Origin: an uncultured Erysipelotrichaceae bacterium
GTDB lineage: Bacteria; Bacillota_I; Bacilli_A; RF39; UBA660
DNA: 64,000 nucleotides
NCBI GenBank assembly: GCA_902801795.1
Contig: CADCJQ010000009.1
Coordinates: 3,452 to 67,451, forward strand
Direction of reading: 5' to 3'
Shown: positions 27,049 to 37,700 of the stretch, one piece after another
Layout of the letters: every line of letters begins with the position of its first letter
How positions within the stretch are numbered: the first letter of the stretch is position 1
Made by a program: the position numbers and the translations under genes
The notes under the pieces: model-generated
What the model saw: only the letters and a program-made list of their open reading frames with translations
Told to the model about the DNA's origin: nothing
Databases searched by the model: none

Positions 27049-29244
27049 TTATCCAACTTCATACGGATCATCAACATGACCACTACCAGAAATAATCTTT
27101 GTTTCAGATTTTAGATTGATAGATGGTCGGACGCCGAGCGCGTAGGAACTGGGCGAGTCGTAGTTCAAGAGACCATTGCCGTTCACGCGACGCACGCCGG
27201 AGGAAGAAAATGGTGTTATTAACCACATAGTCTTATAGTGGTTAGAGTTATTGACGTGATTTAATGTTGATTGTTGTGCTGACATCATTTCTCCTGCACG
27301 TAATAGTCCCACAAGTCCAGTATATGTTTTATTAGTATCACTACTTACATATTTCGTACAATTACTAATCGTCGTTGTCTCAAGTTCACTGGCTGTATTT
27401 TTACATATCGTCGCTTTATAGTTCGTACTATCTGGATATATTCCTAAATAGTATGTTCCATTTACTAGCAGGTTCTTATCACCTGAATAAATGGTACTTA
27501 ACCATCCACTTTCATCGGTTAAATATTTATCCCAGTATTTCATATCAGTAGACTGCGTATTAAAATAGACATCACTTCCAAAATTTCCTCTTGTTGTATC
27601 AGAAGTGTTGGAACTATTTGGGTTATTAGTATTTAGAAGCTCTTCTTTTTGACCTTCAACAATATCCCCTACAATGTGAAATGGCGATAATCTTGTTCCA
27701 TCATAATTTTCAGTATCAAAAGTGGCGCTAGATTTTAGATAAATAGATGGACGGACGCCGTACGCGTTGGAATAGGGTGAGTAATTGTTCAAGTCACCAT
27801 TGCTGAGCACATCACGCATACGGGAGGAACTATAAGGTGTTATTAGCCACCAACATTGACCGATTTGTAAGTAACCAGAACTTGTTCCACTTTTTTTGTA
27901 TTCAAAGGCATTTAATAAGCCTACTGTTCTATTAATAGTGTCATTGGCTACTCTTTCTAAATATGGGTCTGTATCTGCCGTAGTCTCTTTAACATTCCAT
28001 TCGGCGTTTTGAACAACGATATTGGTATTATTATATAATGTTGGTAAGAATTCTTGGGATAGCCATTGATCCATCCATGAGCCATCAAAGGTTACTGTAC
28101 TACCAAATTGTATTGTAGTCATATTATTTTCGGTTACTAACTTCATCATGCCATTAGGATAGATGGCTACTATTCGCCATAGTTTTCCGGAATACCAAAC
28201 ATAGTTCTTTAAACAACTTTCATCATTACCAGCATAATAGATGACATCTGCATCAATTTCACCATAAAATGATGATTTATTTGGTGCTGTCGAAATACAT
28301 GATGCTTGAGTTGCTTTTCTCTCTTGTAAAAATTCATGTGCCTTTTGTTCTTTTACTACCGCATAAAGGGTGGTATCACTATTAAAGTTAATAGTATCAC
28401 CAAGTTTGTATTCTACATCACCATCTGGAGTTGTACTCCATCCTCTAAAGTTTGGTACATCAAGTGATGCTGTTATGGTATCAGTTCCATCTCCTTTAAG
28501 AGGTTGACGTGATGGTGTACTTCCTAACAATTGGTTTTTATTATAAGTTAGATAGCCGACAGCAGATGAATCATATACTCCTTCATCAGCAAATACTTTA
28601 ACACTAAAGGTGATTGGAGTAGCCTGAAGAGCATTCCACTCAGTAGTAGTTAATACTGTTCTTCCTCTTACCCAATCACTTGTTGTACCCATATTATCTG
28701 ATTCTGTTCCATCGTAAGTATCGCTTATAGCTACTCTATCACCATCAATATAAACTCTTAAGGTAATTACTCCATTGACATTAGTGTTTGATTGAATATG
28801 ACCTACAGCAAATTCACTGTCATTTTGAAGGATTGTTCCATCTTCATATGAATATAATGTAACTGAATTATTAGGTAAATCACTACTTGTTACATTAACA
28901 CTTAAGGGAATATTCTTTCCGTTAGTAGTTATTCTTACGTTACTAGCTGTTACCTTATAATCAATTCCACCAGGATAACTTGTGTTTCCTTGAATAGATA
29001 CATTAATTGTCATAACATTATTAGTATCAGTTAAAATATTCGCTTTATCAATCGGAAAGACATTATTTAAAGTTACTGCTGTATAATTACTATTAAAATA
29101 GATATTTCCTACGGCAATACTATTAGAACTACCTGTTCTTGTATAATTAAAGAATGCAATTGATACTCCTACTAAGGTACTAACCAACATAAATAGCCCT
29201 AATACTATAATTAATATTTTTTTCTTTTTACTACTTTGTTCCAT
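27049..29244 (-). CDS. secreted/anchored surface protein: TasA/camelysin-like N-terminal module plus two C-terminal lectin-like (DUF1566/CLec-like) repeats
   Basis: N-terminal signal-anchor KKKKILIIVLGLFMLVSTLVGVSIAFFNYTRTG. Two C-terminal repeats end W(W)LITP(F/Y)SSS...YGVRPSI.LK. My hand count places the stop one nt off the ORF-track value, so local coordinates carry about +/-1 nt uncertainty. Confidence 0.7.
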   Translation of the reverse strand: MEQSSKKKKILIIVLGLFMLVSTLVGVSIAFFNYTRTGSSNSIAVGNIYFNSNYTAVTLNNVFPIDKANILTDTNNVMTINVSIQGNTSYPGGIDYKVTASNVRITTNGKNIPLSVNVTSSDLPNNSVTLYSYEDGTILQNDSEFAVGHIQSNTNVNGVITLRVYIDGDRVAISDTYDGTESDNMGTTSDWVRGRTVLTTTEWNALQATPITFSVKVFADEGVYDSSAVGYLTYNKNQLLGSTPSRQPLKGDGTDTITASLDVPNFRGWSTTPDGDVEYKLGDTINFNSDTTLYAVVKEQKAHEFLQERKATQASCISTAPNKSSFYGEIDADVIYYAGNDESCLKNYVWYSGKLWRIVAIYPNGMMKLVTENNMTTIQFGSTVTFDGSWMDQWLSQEFLPTLYNNTNIVVQNAEWNVKETTADTDPYLERVANDTINRTVGLLNAFEYKKSGTSSGYLQIGQCWWLITPYSSSRMRDVLSNGDLNNYSPYSNAYGVRPSIYLKSSATFDTENYDGTRLSPFHIVGDIVEGQKEELLNTNNPNSSNTSDTTRGNFGSDVYFNTQSTDMKYWDKYLTDESGWLSTIYSGDKNLLVNGTYYLGIYPDSTNYKATICKNTASELETTTISNCTKYVSSDTNKTYTGLVGLLRAGEMMSAQQSTLNHVNNSNHYKTMWLITPFSSSGVRRVNGNGLLNYDSPSSYALGVRPSINLKSETKIISGSGHVDDPYEVG
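27121..27204 (-). repeat. copy B: VR-like segment at the end of C-terminal repeat 2
   Basis: GC-rich and A-poor. Encodes SSSGVRRVNGNGLLNYDSPSSYALGVRPS. The same length and frame as copy C. Confidence 0.6.
27745..27828 (-). repeat. copy C: VR-like segment at the end of C-terminal repeat 1
   Basis: GC-rich and A-poor. Encodes SSSRMRDVLSNGDLNNYSPYSNAYGVRPS. Lies 624 nt (208 codons) from copy B. Confidence 0.6.
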
Positions 29245-29486
29245 ATATACCTCACTATCATCTTTTTAACAAATTATTATTTTATTTTCTACTTTATAAT
29301 TAAATTATATTTTTTTACATATAGTAAGTCAATATTATTTTTTATTTTTTGGTAAATTTACATTTCACATACAACACTACTATCATATTAATAAATTAAT
29401 TATTGAAATACTTATAACAAGAATAGAATAATTAATTAAATACTTTATCTTTTTGTTAAGGAAGAAAAAAGCATGATTACTCATGC

Positions 29487-32400
29487 CTACTCTACTTCTT
29501 CATTACTAAATGATAGAAGTTTTTTAATATCATTTTCCGATAATTTACTAATAGCCTTAACATTATTGTTATCTTCTATTAAGTTATCTGATAAGAATTT
29601 CTTTTTCTCTTGTAATTCCATAATATGTTCTTCAATAGTATCTTTACAAATAATTTTTGTTACAGTTACATTCTTAGTTTGTCCAATACGATGCGCTCTA
29701 TCTGTTGCTTGATTCTCTACTTGTGGATTCCACCAAATATCAAGATGAATTACGGTATCCGCTCCAACTAAGTTAAGTCCTGTTCCTCCGGCTTTTAAAG
29801 TAATCAAGAAACATGGTGTTTTATCTTTATTAAAATCTTCCACCATTGAAAGACGTTTCATACTCTTAACAGAACCATCAATCATATAAGAATCAATATT
29901 ATTTTTCTTTAACATCGTTTCCACATTATCTAATACTCTTTTAAAAGATGAGAAAATTAGCATTTTATGATTATTAAGAATATTTTCTTTAACAACATCC
30001 AAAAGTGTATCCATCTTTATTCCAGTATCATGATAATTTTCATAAACAACATTAGGATCAATACATATTTCACGAAGTCTTGTAAGTAAAGATAATATCT
30101 CTATCTTTGATTTCATAAAGCCTTCACTACCAACTAATTCATCAATTTTCTGTTTAGTTTCTTTAACTTCTTTAGCATATAAAAGTTTTTGTTTTTCAGG
30201 TAATTCAACATATAAATTATTTTCTATTTTATCCGGAAGACTATTTAAAACATCACTTTTCTTTCTTCTTAAAATAAAGGGTTTTATTTGTTCTTTTAAA
30301 TTAAGAAGAATTTTCTTACTATCTTCATCAGTATTATTAACATTATATTTGCTATGAAAATTAGTTACATTATTTAAGTATCCTGGCATAATAAAATCAA
30401 AAATACTCCAAAGTTCAGTTAAATTGTTTTCAATTGGGGTTCCGGTTAAGGTTATTTTACAGTTTGCTTTAATCTTTTTAACTTCTTGAGTCATATTCGC
30501 TTTATAGTTTTTAATCATTTGACCTTCATCAATAATACATAACTCAAAATTCATTTTTTCATATTCATCATTATCATTAGAAACAAGCCCATAACTTGTA
30601 ATAAAAATATTATACTTATCTTGATTTTCAAAAACTTTTAATCGATTACTTTTACTTTCTGATACTGTTGTATATTTAAGTTGTGATGCAAATTTATCAA
30701 ATTCTTTTTTCCAATTATAAACTAGTGATGTTGGTGAAACAATTAAGATTTTACTATCACTTTTCTCCTTTAAAATATGTTTAATTAAAGTAATTGTCTG
30801 TAGTGTTTTACCTAATCCCATCTCATCCGCTAAAATACCTCCTAAATTACATTTATAAATTGTATATAACCATTTAACACCATCTACTTGATAATCACGA
30901 AGAATCTCTTTATCTTGTTTATCAAGTTTTAAATTAATATTTTGGTATTTTCGAAAATTAGTTATAAAATCATTAAATAAATTATTCGTTTTGATATTAT
31001 GATATTTATCTTTTAAACTATCAATATAAATAGCACGATACTTAGGTACTACTACTTCCCCATCAAACATCTCACTACCCTTAATATCTAAGTTTTCCAT
31101 AATATCATTAAGTTCCGATAATTCACCATCTAATAAGTTAACTATTTGATTATTTTTTAATTTATAATATTTTTTCTTTAACCTTAAGGCTTTAAATACA
31201 TTACCAAGTTCATCATTACTAATTTCTTTAATATTAAATTTATAAGACAAAATATTATCTTGTCCAATAGAGAAGTTATTTTGAATACTTAATTTATTTA
31301 AAAACTTGGTATTTTGTAATTTTTTATCTAAAAACACATGATATTTATCATTAAAACTTACTAAATTATTTTGAATAAAATCATAAATACTATCACTATC
31401 TTCTAAAGTAAAATATTTATTTTTGGCTTCAAATCCACTTGTTACTAATTCATTCGCTGGTATCATTTCATCTTCGATACTTCTGAAACTTCCCTCTTTA
31501 TCAAAGTAATTAACAACTTCCCCATTATAATCAAATTCAAGACGACATTTTAAAATATCTTTAATATCAAAATACATATTAATTTCTGGTTTAGTTGGTA
31601 ATTTAACAGTATCAATCTTTTCACTAATTGTTATATTCTTTTTAATATTATTAAATAAACCATTTTTAAAACTATCAAGACTTTTCTCCTCGAAAGATAT
31701 TTTATCAATATCATTTTGTCTTAAGATATTAATTATTCTGGCTTCTTCATTTGATAAAATATACAAATTACCTCTATAGTAAATAAATTCACTATCACTA
31801 GATAAAACATGATAGTTATCATAGTCATCAATTGTTAAGGAATAGTTCTCTTCTTTATCAAGATAATACTTCGTTGGCATACCATGAATTACTTCTTTGG
31901 CTGTTCCATAATCTTTAATTTTTATATCTTTATTACCTAACATATTTATTAAACTCATCATTTCTCTTTTCGATAAATAATAGGGATTAACTGTATAATA
32001 ACGATTATTATCTTGATAACCTTGTAAGAAATCAATTATTTTTCTTCCTTCTTCATCAAAATAGTTATTAGAACCATCAAAAGTAAACTTTTTACCAAAA
32101 GACATTTCTTTATTATTATTTACAGCATATAAGAAATTACTTAACTTACTACTTGTGACAACATACATTTTATCAGTTCCTACAAGTAATCTAAAAGAAA
32201 GTGGATTAGTATCAAAAACAAGTTCTACTTCCATATTAACTTTTCTTTTGATTTTATTATTTATTATAGTATTATTCTTAAAACTATCTAAAATACGACT
32301 ACCAATTAATAATTCATCAATATATTCATAACGAGATATACTATAGTAATTATTAACTAAAACTCCTGCAACATGTTTACACATATCATTATGATTAAAT

Positions 32401-32618
32401 TCTCCACAATCACATTTAACGCCATAAATTGTTTCTCCATTATTTTGAATAACGACTTTATGAATAACCTTACGCATACGGTCATCTCTTACATCATAAT
32501 AATGATAATAATATGGTTTTTGAAAATCGGTATTCATATGTGATATATAATATGCATTATACATTCTTCCTTCATAAAAATAATCTCTTCCAATTAATTC
32601 AAATAATTTATAGATCAT
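29487..32618 (-). CDS. SNF2-family helicase with N-terminal SWIM zinc finger (YwqA/RapA-like)
   Basis: SWIM motif CDCGEFNHNDMCKH. Helicase motifs ADEMGLGKT and IIDEGQMIKN, and helicase-C motif TDRAHRIGQTKNVTV. Confidence 0.88.
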   Translation of the reverse strand: MIYKLFELIGRDYFYEGRMYNAYYISHMNTDFQKPYYYHYYDVRDDRMRKVIHKVVIQNNGETIYGVKCDCGEFNHNDMCKHVAGVLVNNYYSISRYEYIDELLIGSRILDSFKNNTIINNKIKRKVNMEVELVFDTNPLSFRLLVGTDKMYVVTSSKLSNFLYAVNNNKEMSFGKKFTFDGSNNYFDEEGRKIIDFLQGYQDNNRYYTVNPYYLSKREMMSLINMLGNKDIKIKDYGTAKEVIHGMPTKYYLDKEENYSLTIDDYDNYHVLSSDSEFIYYRGNLYILSNEEARIINILRQNDIDKISFEEKSLDSFKNGLFNNIKKNITISEKIDTVKLPTKPEINMYFDIKDILKCRLEFDYNGEVVNYFDKEGSFRSIEDEMIPANELVTSGFEAKNKYFTLEDSDSIYDFIQNNLVSFNDKYHVFLDKKLQNTKFLNKLSIQNNFSIGQDNILSYKFNIKEISNDELGNVFKALRLKKKYYKLKNNQIVNLLDGELSELNDIMENLDIKGSEMFDGEVVVPKYRAIYIDSLKDKYHNIKTNNLFNDFITNFRKYQNINLKLDKQDKEILRDYQVDGVKWLYTIYKCNLGGILADEMGLGKTLQTITLIKHILKEKSDSKILIVSPTSLVYNWKKEFDKFASQLKYTTVSESKSNRLKVFENQDKYNIFITSYGLVSNDNDEYEKMNFELCIIDEGQMIKNYKANMTQEVKKIKANCKITLTGTPIENNLTELWSIFDFIMPGYLNNVTNFHSKYNVNNTDEDSKKILLNLKEQIKPFILRRKKSDVLNSLPDKIENNLYVELPEKQKLLYAKEVKETKQKIDELVGSEGFMKSKIEILSLLTRLREICIDPNVVYENYHDTGIKMDTLLDVVKENILNNHKMLIFSSFKRVLDNVETMLKKNNIDSYMIDGSVKSMKRLSMVEDFNKDKTPCFLITLKAGGTGLNLVGADTVIHLDIWWNPQVENQATDRAHRIGQTKNVTVTKIICKDTIEEHIMELQEKKKFLSDNLIEDNNNVKAISKLSENDIKKLLSFSNEEVE

Positions 32619-32699
32619 AAAATCACCACTTAATATTTTAACAAACTACCTAATAGATGTCTAGATTAAGACAAAGACTTTGACAAAAGCCAAAGTCTT

Positions 32700-33149
32700 T
32701 TATAAAAATTTCTTTAATGATTCCATACTTTTTTCTTGCATGGTAACATAGTTTGATACAATACTTTCTACTTCTTGATTAATTTTCTTTTTATTTAATA
32801 TACGTCGTCCTTCAATAATTCCCATATTAACACCTTGTAATAGAAGTTCCGCTATTTTACTATTACTTTTATCGGTCATTGTTTTCATTTCAATACCAGA
32901 CCAAGTCATAGCTTTTGTCATAGCTCCGGTTTCATGTGGTTTTCCTTCATTATATTTTGGATAAATATCCTCAATATTTTTTTTAATTGCATTATAGTCT
33001 TTTTCTTCTTTCTCTAATTCTTTCTTTAATTTGTCATCTTCTACTTTATCAAGGACAAAACTTATTGCATCAATTCCCATACATGCACCTTTATGAATTT
33101 CATCAAGAGCATTAATATCTTCTTTTTCTTCCATAATCGCCTCCAACAT
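32700..33149 (-). CDS. hypothetical helical-bundle protein
   Basis: 149 aa, predicted all-helical. No catalytic motif recognised. Confidence 0.4.
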   Translation of the reverse strand: MLEAIMEEKEDINALDEIHKGACMGIDAISFVLDKVEDDKLKKELEKEEKDYNAIKKNIEDIYPKYNEGKPHETGAMTKAMTWSGIEMKTMTDKSNSKIAELLLQGVNMGIIEGRRILNKKKINQEVESIVSNYVTMQEKSMESLKKFL

Positions 33150-33245
33150 TATTATGTTTAAAAATATTATTTATATACAATAATGTCAAGAATATTGCAA
33201 ATTATTCTTTCATAAAATATAATATCTTTCTGTAAGGAGGGAAGA

Positions 33246-33491
33246 ATGGTTAAAAATTTTAGTTTAAGAGGCAATGCCCTATTTGGTTATCAATTAGTTA
33301 CTATAAAACAAAGTAGTAGAAAATTTATTAATTTAAAACCTTTAAATATGCCTCAAAAAAATATTATTATCAGTGATACTATGGTAAAAAAAGCACGTAA
33401 TGAAAATTATCTTCCAAGAAAAGAAGCTGATAAATTTGTTAAAAAAGAAAGACAATTAATGAAGAAAAAAGTATGTTGTTCTAATAGATAA
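33246..33491 (+). CDS. hypothetical small basic protein
   Basis: 81 aa and Lys-rich, with a strong RBS (taaggagggaagaATG). No homology recognised. Confidence 0.35.
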   Translation: MVKNFSLRGNALFGYQLVTIKQSSRKFINLKPLNMPQKNIIISDTMVKKARNENYLPRKEADKFVKKERQLMKKKVCCSNR

Positions 33492-33861
33492 CATATTTTT
33501 ATTATACCTTATTATACAATATAAATATCGTATTTTGTTTATTTTATAATTTTATATAATTTCATTATTTTATAATTTTTTTTATTGAAATATTTATTTT
33601 TACCATTAGAAAACTATCTTTTTAATACTATTATTATAATAACTACTCTCACAAAAACAATTTTTTAAACTATTTTAAACACTTTCAAACCATATAAAAA
33701 TATTATTTTTAATAATAATTACCTATCTCAAAAGTACTTTTTTACTACTAATTTTTTTGATTTATTACCTACTTTTAAGAAATTACTCATTTGCTATTAT
33801 CTTTCTTCATTGATATGATGAAACCGCTAAATGGCCAATTAGTAATTTTTAAAGGAGGTAT

Positions 33862-34764
33862 ATGATAACAAAAAATAATTATATTTTAAGTGATGATCAA
33901 ATTTTAGAAGTCAAAGATGACCGTGTATTCCATGATTTATTTAACGAACATGAGATGGATACCATCGAATGGATAGTATCTAAAATATTAGATTGTAATA
34001 TTGAAAAGATTCATGGAAAAGTACGTGTTGGTAATATAAGGCTTACTAATAATGCTAAAGATGATAAACAAAAATTTGTTGATTTAGTAGTTTATTATGA
34101 TAACTATATTTATAATATTGAACTTAATAATAACTTTAATGGTAATTATTTAAGAAATATTTTATATTTAATGAATTTAATTAACAATTCTTATATTGAA
34201 GGTGATAATTATATTGATAAAGAAATCCAAGGAATATTAGTTAATCTTAATTGGATGAATAACCAAAATTTTCCTCCAAAACTAGAATTAACCTATCCAT
34301 ATCCTGATATTCGAGAGAAATATAAAAACGATTTTTTGGTTAAAATAATAAACATAAATCTTTCAAATTATCAGAATATGTGTTACAATGGTTTTGGTGA
34401 TAAAGACGTTTTTTATAAGTTATTAACGAGAACAAGTAAAAAAGAATTAAAAGAAATAGTAGATAATGAAAAAAGTCTTATTAATTATTATAATAAAATG
34501 GAACGTCTTTCACATGATAAGGAGTATTGTCGTATGGTATGGGATGAAAGAATTGATAGAAATTTAAGAAAAATTGATGCTTATCGTGATGCTAGAAATG
34601 ACGGATATGATGAAGGATATGATGATGGTATCGAAAAAGGAATTATATCTAATCGTAACGATATGATTATTAATTTACATAATAACAATGTTTCAATTGA
34701 TATAATCAGTAAAGTATCTAATTTACCTATCGAAGAAATCCAAAATATTATTAAAAACAACTAA
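33862..34764 (+). CDS. Rpn-family recombination-promoting nuclease / putative transposase (PD-(D/E)XK)
   Basis: 300 aa with RBS aaaggaggtatATG. The N-terminal D..F..LF block and FVDLVVYYDNYIYNIELNN resemble the YhgA/Rpn nuclease core. Assignment is from recall. Confidence 0.5.
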   Translation: MITKNNYILSDDQILEVKDDRVFHDLFNEHEMDTIEWIVSKILDCNIEKIHGKVRVGNIRLTNNAKDDKQKFVDLVVYYDNYIYNIELNNNFNGNYLRNILYLMNLINNSYIEGDNYIDKEIQGILVNLNWMNNQNFPPKLELTYPYPDIREKYKNDFLVKIININLSNYQNMCYNGFGDKDVFYKLLTRTSKKELKEIVDNEKSLINYYNKMERLSHDKEYCRMVWDERIDRNLRKIDAYRDARNDGYDEGYDDGIEKGIISNRNDMIINLHNNNVSIDIISKVSNLPIEEIQNIIKNN

Positions 34765-34777
34765 AATAAAGAAGAAA

Positions 34778-37700
34778 TTACTCTTTGGTAACTTCTTCTT
34801 TTTCTTTAAAATAATTATATCTTGCTTCCGCATTACTTTGATTTTCCTCAAGTAATTCATTATACATATCAGGATTAATTTGTTTTAAAGTACGATAACG
34901 ATCTTCTCCATTAATAAATTCACTATATTTAGAAAAATCGGCTTTTGAATCCATTGTAAATTTCTTAGTATCTGGATTATATCTAAATAATGGGAAATAG
35001 CCTGATTCGGTTGCTAGTTTTTCTTCATCAATCGAATTTGACATACCTTTAATAATACCATGGGCAATACAAGGAGCATAAGCAATAATAATACTTGGTC
35101 CATTATAATTAACGGCTTCATTCATGGCTTTAATAGATTGATTCATATTAGCACCTAAACTTATAGTTGCTACATAAACATCAGGATAAGTAAGCGCAAT
35201 TTTGGTTAAATCTTTTTTATTAACTTTTTTACCACTAGCAGCAAACTTAGCAATTCCACCAATTTGGGTTGATTTAGAAGCTTGTCCTCCAGTATTACTA
35301 TATACTTCGGTATCTAAAACTAAGATATTAACATTAGCACCACTTGCTAAAACATGATCGATTCCAGAAAAACCAATATCATAAGCCCAACCATCACCAC
35401 CAACAATGAAGAATGTTTTTTTCTTAATAAAGTTTCTTAAATCATATAATCCTGGGATACGATTTTCCATAACATAATTATATAATTCTTCACTATTAGC
35501 GATATTCGTATCGGATGCATATCTTTCGAATAAATCAATTTCATCATCAGTAGCATCTGCAATTTTACTTTTTAAGATTTCTTTAATACGATTTTTAATA
35601 GTTAAATCCGCAGTATACATACCTAAACCAAATTCAGCATTATCTTCAAATAAACTATTAGCCCAAGGAGATGCATAAACTGTTGCTGGGAAACTTGCTG
35701 AATAAATTGATGAACAACCAGTAGCATTGGCAACAACTAATGATTTACCAAATAATTGACTCATAAGTTTTAAATAAGGTGTTTCTCCACATCCTGCACA
35801 TGCACCTGGGAATTTAAACTTAGGTTCAACAAATTGACTACCTTTAATAGTATTTTTACTCATGACATCTTTTTCTTTAACATGCTTTTCTAGGTAATCA
35901 AGAGCTTCCATCATACCATTTTGTTTTAGAGTAATTACATCTGTCATGGAAATAGCCTTCTCACCTTTTTTACCAGGACATATTTTTTCACATAAACCAC
36001 ATCCCGTACAATCAGGAATAGATGCCGCAATAATAAATTTTAAATTCTCTCCTTTAATATTGGCATCTTGACAATTTTCTTTAACAAATTCTGGTGCTTC
36101 TTCATATTCTTCTTCGGATAATAAATAAGGTCTTATAACAGAATGAGGACAAACAAAGGAACACATATTACACATAATGCAATTTTCTTTTTTACAGAAA
36201 GGCGCAATAGGACTTGAGAAACGTTTTTCTTCACTCGCTAAACTAGGTTTTGTTCTTCCATCTTTCATATCCATAAAAGCACTTACTGGTAAATCATTAC
36301 CATGACGACGATTAATTAATTCATACATTGATAAGTCAGATTCTTTTTCTTCATCAAATAATGTATTACCAATTTCTACTTTATAAATACTATCAACACA
36401 TTTGCTAATGGCTACTAAATTCTTTTCTAAGACATTACCACCTTTATTTTGAAATTTTTTAGTTAAACTCTTTTTTATTTCTTCTTTAGCATATTCAAAA
36501 TCAATTATCTTACAAATTTTAAAGATACATACTTCCATAATAGAACTAATCTTATTATGAAGACCTACTTCTTCAGCAATGGCATTAGCATCAATAATAT
36601 AAAAGTTAATATTACGACTTTTTAAGATATTCTTTTCTCGATTACTTAAAATATCTAAAACTTCTTTTTTAGATTTTACTGTATTAAGAATAAACGTTCC
36701 ACCATTTCGAATACCACTTAAAATATCATATTTACCTAAATAACTTTCTTTGGTTAAAACAATAGTATTGGGATTAGTTACGTAATAAGTTGATCTAATT
36801 GGTTCTTTTCCAAATCTTAAATGACTTTTAGTAACACCACCACTTTTTTTAGAATCATATTCAAAATATCCTTGGACAAAAGCATCACTACCTGTACCCG
36901 TTATTTTCATAATATCTTTAGAGGCAGATACCATTCCATCTGATCCATATCCCATAATTACCATTTCATAATTTGTACTTGGAATAACAAAATCATTTTT
37001 TGGAAGACTTAAATTGGTTACATCATCCACAATTGATATTGTAAAACCATTAATTTTATTATTACTCATTAACATATCATAAACACTTTTAATATCCGAT
37101 GGAGTTGTATCTTTACTAGATAAACCATATCTTCCACCATAAACATTAATCTTTAAATTTTGTTCTTTTAAGACACTTACAACATCTAGATAAAGTGGTG
37201 CATTAGCGCCAAACTCTTTAGTTCTATCAAGAACAGCAATATCAGTTACAGTTTCTGGTAAAACATTTAATAGGTATTTACTACTAAATGGACGATATAA
37301 ATGAACTTCAATAAGACCTATTGGTAAACCTTCTTCATTCATTAAATAATCAATAGTTTCTTTAATAGTTTCACAAACACTTCCCATGGCAACTATTACA
37401 TATTTTGCTTTTGAATCACCATAATAATTAAATGGTTGATAATTTCTTCCCGTTATTTTATTAATCTTTTTCATATAATCATTAACAACATCTGGTAAAT
37501 TATCATAATAAGTATTTCTTGCTTCCGTATTTTGAAAATACACATCATCCATTTGACTAGTACCAAAAGTATGCGGATCATCTAAATTAATACCATGATT
37601 TCGAAATTCATTTAATGCCTTAGTATCAATTAAATTCTTTACTCGATCTAAATCGATTAACTCTACTTTATCAAGTTCATGTGATGTACGAAAACCATCA

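Noticed and set aside
26480-34764. Looked for a reverse transcriptase or Avd gene near the VR-like segments. Candidates considered were the 149-aa helical-bundle ORF at 32700, the SNF2 helicase and the Rpn-like ORF.
   Set aside because: No YxDD-type RT motif is present in any ORF in the window. The 149-aa protein is separated from the target by the helicase gene and shows no Avd-like features that I can recognise.
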